A DNA stretch of 6,121 nt from Vitrella brassicaformis CCMP3155 (lineage: Eukaryota; Protista; Chromerida): positions 1 to 6,121 of the forward strand of contig CDMY01001017.1 in NCBI GenBank assembly GCA_001179505.1, given 5' to 3'. The notes under the pieces are model-generated. The model worked only from the letters and a program-made list of their open reading frames with translations, had not been told where the DNA came from and searched no databases. Positions within the stretch are counted from its first letter, which is position 1. Every line of letters starts with the position of its first letter. Positions 1 to 6,121 of the stretch are shown here, in pieces. The translations under genes and the position numbers were made by a program.

Positions 1-1002
1 GTGCGCATCGAGACATCCATTATATACACAAACTCCAAGTCCAAACGTGCATGCGCAGGTGTGCGCACACAGACATTCATCATATACACACACGCCAAGT
101 CGACACGTGTATGCGCAGGTGTGCGCACATCATGCGCAGGGGTGCGCACACAGATATTAATCATATACACACACTCCATACACACACTCCAAGTCGACAC
201 GTGCATTCGCAGGGGTGCGCACATAGACATTCATCATATATACACACTCCAAGTCGACACGTGCATGCGCAGCTTTGCGCATACAGACATCCATCATATA
301 CCCACACTCCAAGTCCAAACGTGTATGCGCACACAGACATTCATCATATACACACACTCCAAGTCCGCACATGTGCATTCCATACGTGCATGCGCACGTG
401 CATGCGCAGGTGTGCGCACACAGACATTCATCATATACACACACTCCAAGTCCGCATGCGCGTGTGCTTGCGCAGGTGTGCGCACAGAGACATTCGTAAT
501 ATACACGCACTCCAAGTCCACACGTGCATGCGCACACAGACATTCATCATATACACGCACTCCAAGTCCGCACATGTGCATTCCATACGTGCATGCGCAC
601 GTGCATGCGCAGGTGTGCGCACACAGACATTCATCATATATACACACTCCAAGTCCGCATGCGCGTGTGCTTGCGCAGGTGTGCGCACAGAGACATTCAT
701 CATATACACGCACTCCAAGTCCGCACGTGTGCCACGTGCATGCGTACGTGCTTGCATAGGTGTGCGCATACAAACATTCATGATATACACGCACTCCAAG
801 TCCACACATGCCATGCACTCTAAGTCCACACGTGCATGCGCAGGTGTGCTCATATTTGCGCACACAGACATTCATCATATACCCACACTCCAAGTCGACA
901 CGTGCGGCGTGTGCACATACACACCAAGTCGACACGTGTATGCGCAGGTGCGAGCACACAGATGTTCATCATATATGCACAAACCAAGTCGACACGTGCA
1001 TG
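1..1002. repeat. Subtelomeric satellite array, left block (~60-bp monomer, degenerate, length variants 50-87 bp)
   Basis: Recurrent monomer ~GCAGGTGTGCGCACACAGACATTCATCATATACACACACTCCAAGTC(G/C)ACACGTGCATGC. The CTCCAAGT anchor (or a variant) occurs at 33, 93, 187, 247, 307, 357, 444, 510, 560, 647, 713, 794, 818, 888. Open at the window start. Confidence 0.95.
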
Positions 1003-1127
1003 AACCCTAAACCCTAAACCCTAAACCCTAAACCCTAAACCCTAAACCCTAAACCCTAAACCCTAAACCCTAGACCCTAAACCCTAAACCCTAAACCCTA
1101 AACCCTAAACCCTAAACCCTAAACCCT
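1003..1127. repeat. Interstitial telomeric tract (CCCTAAA)n, 17 full units, one CCCTAGA variant
   Basis: Perfect CCCTAAA heptamers from 1005, variant CCCTAGA at 1068-1074, 7 more units, then CCCT ending at 1127. Satellite flanks both sides. TTTAGGG is the known telomere repeat of plants and several apicomplexans. Confidence 0.97.
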
Positions 1128-1621
1128 TGCGCAGGTGTGCGCACACAGACATTCATGATACACACGCACTCCAAGTCCACCCGTGCATGCGCACGTGCAT
1201 GCGCACGTGCATGCGCAGGTGTGCGCACACAGACATTCATCCTATACACACACTCCAAGTCCACTGTGCATGCGCAGATGTGCGCACACAGACATTCATC
1301 CTATACACGCACTCCAAGTCCACCCGTGCATGCGCAGGTGTGCGCACACAGACATTCGCAGGTATGCGCACATAGACATTCATGATACACACGCACTCCA
1401 AGTCCACCCATGCATGCGCACGTGCATGAGCAGGTGTGCGCACACAGACATTCATCCTATACACGCACTCCAAGTCCACCCGTGCATGCGCAGGTGTGCG
1501 CATACAGACATTAATGATATACACACGCTCTAAGTCCACTCGTGCATGAACACGTGCATGCGCAGGTATGCGCACAGAGACATTCACCATATACCCGCAC
1601 TCCAAATCCACCCGTGCATGC
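1128..1621. repeat. Subtelomeric satellite array, right-type block, copy 1 (truncated by gap)
   Basis: Same monomer and orientation as 1-1002 but with AAGTCCACCCGTG and CATTCATCCTATA/CATTCATGATAC variants. Anchors at 1169, 1253, 1312, 1396, 1468, 1528, 1600 (spacings 84, 59, 84, 72, 60, 72). Confidence 0.95.
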
Positions 1622-1921
1622 NNNNNNNNNNNNNNNNNNNNNNNNNNNNNNNNNNNNNNNNNNNNNNNNNNNNNNNNNNNNNNNNNNNNNNNNNNNNNNN
1701 NNNNNNNNNNNNNNNNNNNNNNNNNNNNNNNNNNNNNNNNNNNNNNNNNNNNNNNNNNNNNNNNNNNNNNNNNNNNNNNNNNNNNNNNNNNNNNNNNNNN
1801 NNNNNNNNNNNNNNNNNNNNNNNNNNNNNNNNNNNNNNNNNNNNNNNNNNNNNNNNNNNNNNNNNNNNNNNNNNNNNNNNNNNNNNNNNNNNNNNNNNNN
1901 NNNNNNNNNNNNNNNNNNNNN
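1622..1921. other. Assembly (scaffold) gap, 300 N
   Basis: Run of exactly 300 N. The round number suggests an estimated or placeholder length. Confidence 0.99.
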
Positions 1922-2104
1922 TAAACCCTAAACCCTAAACCCTAAACCCTAAACCCTAAACCCTAAACCCTAAACCCTAAACCCTAAACCCTAAACCCTA
2001 AACCCTAAACCCTAAACCCTAAACCCTAAACCCTAAACCCTAAACCCTAGACCCTAAACCCTAAACCCTAAACCCTAAACCCTAAACCCTAAACCCTAAA
2101 CCCT
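1922..2104. repeat. Telomeric tract (CCCTAAA)n, at least 25 full units, one CCCTAGA variant; opens the post-gap contig
   Basis: 17 perfect units from 1926, CCCTAGA at 2045-2051, 7 units, CCCT ending at 2104. The C-rich strand is on +, the orientation expected for a left chromosome end. Confidence 0.97.
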
Positions 2105-2759
2105 TGCGCAGGTGTGCGCACACAGACATTCATGATACACACGCACTCCAAGTCCACCCGTGCATGCGCACGTGCATGCGCACGTGCATGCGCAGGTGTG
2201 CGCACACAGACATTCATCCTATACACACACTCCAAGTCCACTGTGCATGCGCAGATGTGCGCACACAGACATTCATCCTATACACGCACTCCAAGTCCAC
2301 CCGTGCATGCGCAGGTGTGCGCACACAGACATTCGCAGGTATGCGCACATAGACATTCATGATACACACGCACTCCAAGTCCACCCATGCATGCGCACGT
2401 GCATGAGCAGGTGTGCGCACACAGACATTCATCCTATACACGCACTCCAAGTCCACCCGTGCATGCGCAGGTGTGCGCATACAGACATTAATGATATACA
2501 CACGCTCTAAGTCCACTCGTGCATGAACACGTGCATGCGCAGGTATGCGCACAGAGACATTCACCATATACCCGCACTCCAAATCCACCCGTGCATGCGC
2601 ACGTGACACCTCCGCATACAAAGATTCTTCATATACACGGACTCCAAGTCCACCCGTGCATGCACACGTGACACCTGCGCATACAAAGATTCATTATATA
2701 CACGAACTCCAAGTCCACCCGTGCATGCGCACGTGCATGCGCAAGTGTGCGCACACCTG
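2105..2759. repeat. Subtelomeric satellite array, right-type block, copy 2, ending at unique DNA
   Basis: 2105-2598 matches 1128-1621 at offset 977 (ORF-track translations identical, ends checked base by base). It continues with diverged units at 2599-2759. Confidence 0.95.
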
Positions 2760-3689
2760 TGGCAAATCATTTGATGAAGATTGATTTGATATATATGTCG
2801 AGTGATCATCCATTAAGTAGGCGCGGGCCACGCCTATAAAGACGCGGATTTCGACGATGATATGTCACGTTCGCCTTTCTTTCGGCCGTCTTTTTCCGGC
2901 ATTTTTCCAGGCTTTTCCTCGCTCCCTCGACCGGCTCAGGTGGTGAAATGAAAGGTGATGCGGACAAAAGCAGTGTCGCCCGCTTCCACGAGGGAATGCA
3001 GCAGAAAGGAGGAAGAACGCTGGCTATCCTACGGACTTCCTGGGTTCATGTTATTGCTCGATCTGGTGGGAGTGTGGCATGTTTTCACACGAGAGACGGT
3101 GAGGAATTCTCTCCCCAGACGTATGATTGTGTGCGAATGGGTTGACAAGTCTTTTTCTGTGCTGTGGCGAGTGCGAGACATATGAGGCAGGTACTTTATG
3201 AAAGACCGAAGCGATAGTGCGGTTTGGTTTGAATTCAGTGCTTTGTGGTATGGCGTCTCTTTCGCAAATCGATGAATGGCCATGGAAGGTGCGACGACTG
3301 AAGTGAAGACACGGACTGAGACAGATGGAAATCAGATGCTCTGACGCCGCCAGGCGGCATTGCCGCCCCCATTAAAGGAGGTGTTGGATGTCATCTATGT
3401 AAAAGCATCACCAAAGAGAAGACAGGCGGGGAAAGCGAGAAAGCAAAGGAACCCTTCTCAAACACCGTACATTCGCACGCATTCGGTCGATGCCGACCGC
3501 CAACCGAACCACCACCCCAGCTGGACGGGAATATGTCGGTCATGCCAGCCCATGGTGCACCGACATGCTGACACACACAACAGACAGACAGATCCTAACC
3601 AGCTACACACGTACCACTAGAGCGTTTATTTTTCGGTCAGTTGCCGGCTGATCCCCCGTAGATTATTCGCCTGCCGGTCTGCCCATCCC

Positions 3690-3725
3690 GTCTGTCCGTC
3701 CGTCTGTCTGTCCGTCTGTCTATCT
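3690..3725. repeat. Imperfect (GTCT/GTCC)n low-complexity tract
   Basis: gtctgtccgtccgtctgtctgtccgtctgtctatct. Confidence 0.7.
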
Positions 3726-4021
3726 GAGGCAATAGGTAGGTTGATTGCTTTCGTTAGTATGAGGTCTTTGCCACCATAAGCAGTCCGTCACCCACACGGC
3801 AGCGAATGCCTATAGTCGATCACTTGAGCAATGGCCCTAAATGGCCCAAAATTACAGCGAGCAATCCCTTAAATGGAGTTAACGTGAGATAAGCAAAACA
3901 CTCTCAAACTAACTCCGCAGCGCATGCAATACATAGCATAACTTAAACCTTGAAATAGCCCCTTCCTTGCTGAAACAGCTCTTCCTTACATAGGAGAGAA
4001 AGACACACAGGTACGTCCAGG

Positions 4022-6121
4022 TCAGAACGAGAAGACGTCCGCGGCCATGCCGATCGAATCGATGTTCAACCCCCTGAGCAGACAACACGCAGTGTTTGCT
4101 GGCTTAAGTAAAGTCCTGGCAGATAAGCAAGCCTTTTGCTTACGCGAATCCCAGGATGCCACGCGTGAGCTCCTGCGTGTCGGTGATGGCCTGAAGCTGG
4201 ATTGTGAGCTCATGGAGTGAGAGAGCATGGACGTGGGTGAAGTCGAACCTGAACGAATCATATAGATAGATGGCATCCCTCATGCGCACGGAAGGCGTGG
4301 GCGGGTAATCGCCGTCTGCCTTGTGTCGCTCGCTTACCAGTGGGGCATCATCCAAACGATCCAGTCGCAGAAACCAATACGCAGGATGGCCGTGAGTAGC
4401 AGAGACAGCAGCATGAACATCAGCAGCGGCTGCAGGATGAATGTGTTCAGGAACTCAACTGCATGCCAATCATTCATGACGTATCCAGCAGGCAGGCAGG
4501 CAGGCAGGCAGGCATGTGTGTGTCATTTCAGCAACCTGAGCAGGCCATGACGAAATCTTGGTATACGACGTGAGGGGGTCGGGCGTCGTACTCTGCCAGA
4601 CGCTCGCTAAAGGCGAACAGCAGCAGGAAGGCATCACACGCAAACCAGTAGATCAGCGCTATAGCGATGCCGATCCGCTCTCTCTTGCGCCATCGCGCCA
4701 ACACGGCCTGCTTCATCTTCATCGGGAAATGACCTGGCAGCCGCCCAGGTAGGTAGGTAGGTAGGTAGGTAGGCAGGTAGGTAGGTAGGTAGGGAGGGAG
4801 ACACAAGGGAGGGAGGGAGGAAGGAAGGACACGCAACGGAAGGAAGGAAGGAAGTGAGGAAAGATAGATGACTCTAAGATGAGTGAGTGAGTGAGTGTCT
4901 GGCTGCCTGCCTGCCTGCCTGCCACCAGCCGGCCGACCGGCGCTAGTTGGCATGAATGCGTGCGTACCTGAGTGTCGCCCAGTGATCTCGGCGATGCGAT
5001 GGCCGCCGCCTCCCTTGAAGCCAGCGTACATGGCTGAGAGAAGGCACGAACAATTGACGCATGCAAGTCAAGTCACGTCACTTGGTGCATGGTGTCTTTT
5101 CTGGCTCGCTGGCCGTTGTGCAGGTATTCCCTTACCGCTTCGTGTCGGTGAGGGTTTGATGTGCGGCACCAGCTTGCGGAAGAGGAAAATCAGGAGGAGG
5201 GGCACTGGCTTGGAGAGAATGACAGACCAGATGAGCACGGCGATCTGACGCAGGGTGAGCTGCCAGGCTACGTCCTGCGTCTGGAACGACAGCAGCACGG
5301 TCTCAGCGCCCTCGCCAGTCACCTTCGTGCGGTCGAAGAAGACGGCACACCTGAAGGCAAAACATCACTGGTGTCTGTGGAGTCCCACACAGCTGCTGCT
5401 GCGTCTCTACGGCCACACATGGTGAGAATTCCAAGTGAGATGGACCCGAAAAAGAGAGTCCGCTGCACCGCCGTGTAGCTGAATTGAATTGATACATTGA
5501 AGCACAGAGAGACACAGACAGGGGCATCGTGAAGGCGATGCATTCATCGATCTATTTATCCATCCATCAATATAGATGACGTGGGGTTTAAGATGAAGAG
5601 CTTGAGCAATGGGTGGTCGCGTCTGCGTCGATCGAGACACCAGCACATAGAAATACATGGCCGCCGTCCAGACTGGATCCGTCAGTCAGTGCGTACCTGA
5701 CTACCTCCCTGAACAGACGGGCAGGCCCCCACTCCACGTACTCGACCCGACGCAGCGTGCGAGTCACCATCAAGTCCACCTGCAGGAGGAATATTGACCG
5801 GCTCGGTCATAGTGACAGAGTGACAGGTCACAGACATATTCACCATTTATACCTCGGAATTCAGATCGACCCACAAGTCGGTCACGCTCTTGCGGCGGGA
5901 TGCTGCCGTCGGCGTTTTGCCCTGCACTTTGTGAGTAGGTTTCTCTGCTTCGTCCACTGTGATCTTGACCTCTTTTTGCTGCTGCCTCTGCTGCTGCTGA
6001 CTCGGGAGGTCGGCAATCGGAATGGTCTGGCCCTTGTGCAGTTTGGGTGAGAACTCTGAATCTTCGTCGTCGTCTCGGGCGTCTGCGTTGGTAGGCGAGC
6101 CCTCTGGGTCGACCATTGTGG
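4022..6121 (-). CDS. Spliced gene (5'-partial): polycystin-1-like (PKD1/PKD1L/REJ-family) multi-pass membrane protein, C-terminal ~402 aa, no channel domain
   Basis: Manual exon model (minus strand): >6121-5853, 5779-5697, 5622-5581, 5478-5419, 5350-5136, 5033-4968, 4733-4536, 4458-4338, 4248-4144, 4073-4022 (TGA). All 9 introns are GT..AG (73, 74, 102, 68, 102, 234, 77, 89, 70 bp), phases 0,2,2,2,1,1,1,2,2, with no internal stop. Translation: ..TMVDPEGSPT..LWVDLNSE VDLMVTRTLRRVEYVEWGPARLFREVVR RDHPLLKLFILNPT YTAVQRTLFFGSISLGILTM CAVFFDRTK..RQIAVLIWSVILSKPVPLLLIFLFRKLVPHIKPSPTRSA MYAGFKGGGGHRIAEITGRHSG HFPMKMKQAVLARWRKRERIGIAIALIYWFACDAFLLLFAFSERL..VYQDFVMACSV EFLNTFILQPLLMFMLLSLLLTAILRIGFCDWIVWMMPHW FDFTHVH..RGILGFA GLNIDSIGMAADVFSF*. 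Motif order resembles PKD1-family TM2 (FTRxQR..), TM3 (S.V..YP..L.ILFLFR), TM4 and TM5 (SF..S.F..(E/Q)PLK) as I recall them; no database search was run. The exon model is more certain than the family call. Confidence 0.8.
4488..4514. repeat. (GCAG)6-7 microsatellite in intron 4459-4535
   Basis: gcaggcaggcaggcaggcaggcaggca seen directly. Confidence 0.9.
4747..4923. repeat. Compound tetranucleotide microsatellite in intron 4734-4967
   Basis: (AGGT)11 with one AGGC variant at 4747-4790, then GGGA/GGAA runs to ~4860, (GAGT)4 at 4881-4896 and (CTGC)5 at 4903-4922. Confidence 0.9.

Noticed and set aside
1-2759. CRISPR-like appearance (palindromic repeats at regular spacing)
   Set aside because: There are no unique spacers, the whole monomer is repeated, the context is eukaryotic (telomeres, spliceosomal introns), and no cas genes are present.
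1-2809. Long His/Cys/Ala/Arg-rich ORFs on both strands (up to 319 aa), including ORFs running through Ns
   Set aside because: They are translations of a stop-poor satellite in several overlapping frames or of the N gap. There is no frame preference, so they are not genes.
2835-2841. TATAAAG next to the satellite edge, followed by T-runs near 2890-2906
   Set aside because: A single hexamer with no recognisable downstream gene, snRNA or tRNA. It is insufficient to call a promoter or Pol III unit.
2948-3620. Short ORFs 2948-3145, 2955-3185, 3029-3283, 3360-3620 and 3391-3576
   Set aside because: All are under 90 aa with no recognisable motifs, and I could not build a consistent splice model. 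A small or decayed gene is not excluded.
3831-3850. Single CCCTAAA within ATGGCCCTAA-ATGGCCCAAA
   Set aside because: One heptamer within a 10-bp local duplication is expected by chance and is not a telomeric tract.
4528-5031. 167-aa minus ORF with LPTY repeats
   Set aside because: It is a read-through of two real exons plus the microsatellite intron 4734-4967. The LPTY run is intronic (CCTA)n.
4323-6050. Plus-strand ORFs 4323-4550, 4558-4752, 4895-5248, 5161-5478 and 5613-6050
   Set aside because: They are antisense shadows of the minus-strand exons and introns in GC-rich DNA, with no independent motif or splice support.

Overview
Eukaryotic chromosome-end-type window. Bases 1-2759 are a ~60-bp CA/TG-rich satellite interleaved with two (CCCTAAA)n telomeric tracts (TTTAGGG type) and a 300-N scaffold gap. 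The 619 bp before the gap (1003-1621) reappear, apparently identically, after it (1980-2598). Bases 2760-4021 are unique, apparently non-coding DNA. Bases 4022-6121 carry the 3' part of a minus-strand gene that the ORF track misses. I reconstructed it by hand as 10 exons and 9 GT-AG introns, all phases compatible (~402 aa in the window). It encodes four predicted TM segments resembling polycystin-1 (PKD1/PKD1L/REJ family) TM2-TM5 and stops ~50 aa after the last one, i.e. without the channel domain. TTTAGGG telomeres, short dense introns and tetranucleotide-filled introns suggest an alveolate such as the chromerid Vitrella (inference only). All long ORFs in 1-2784 are repeat artefacts.
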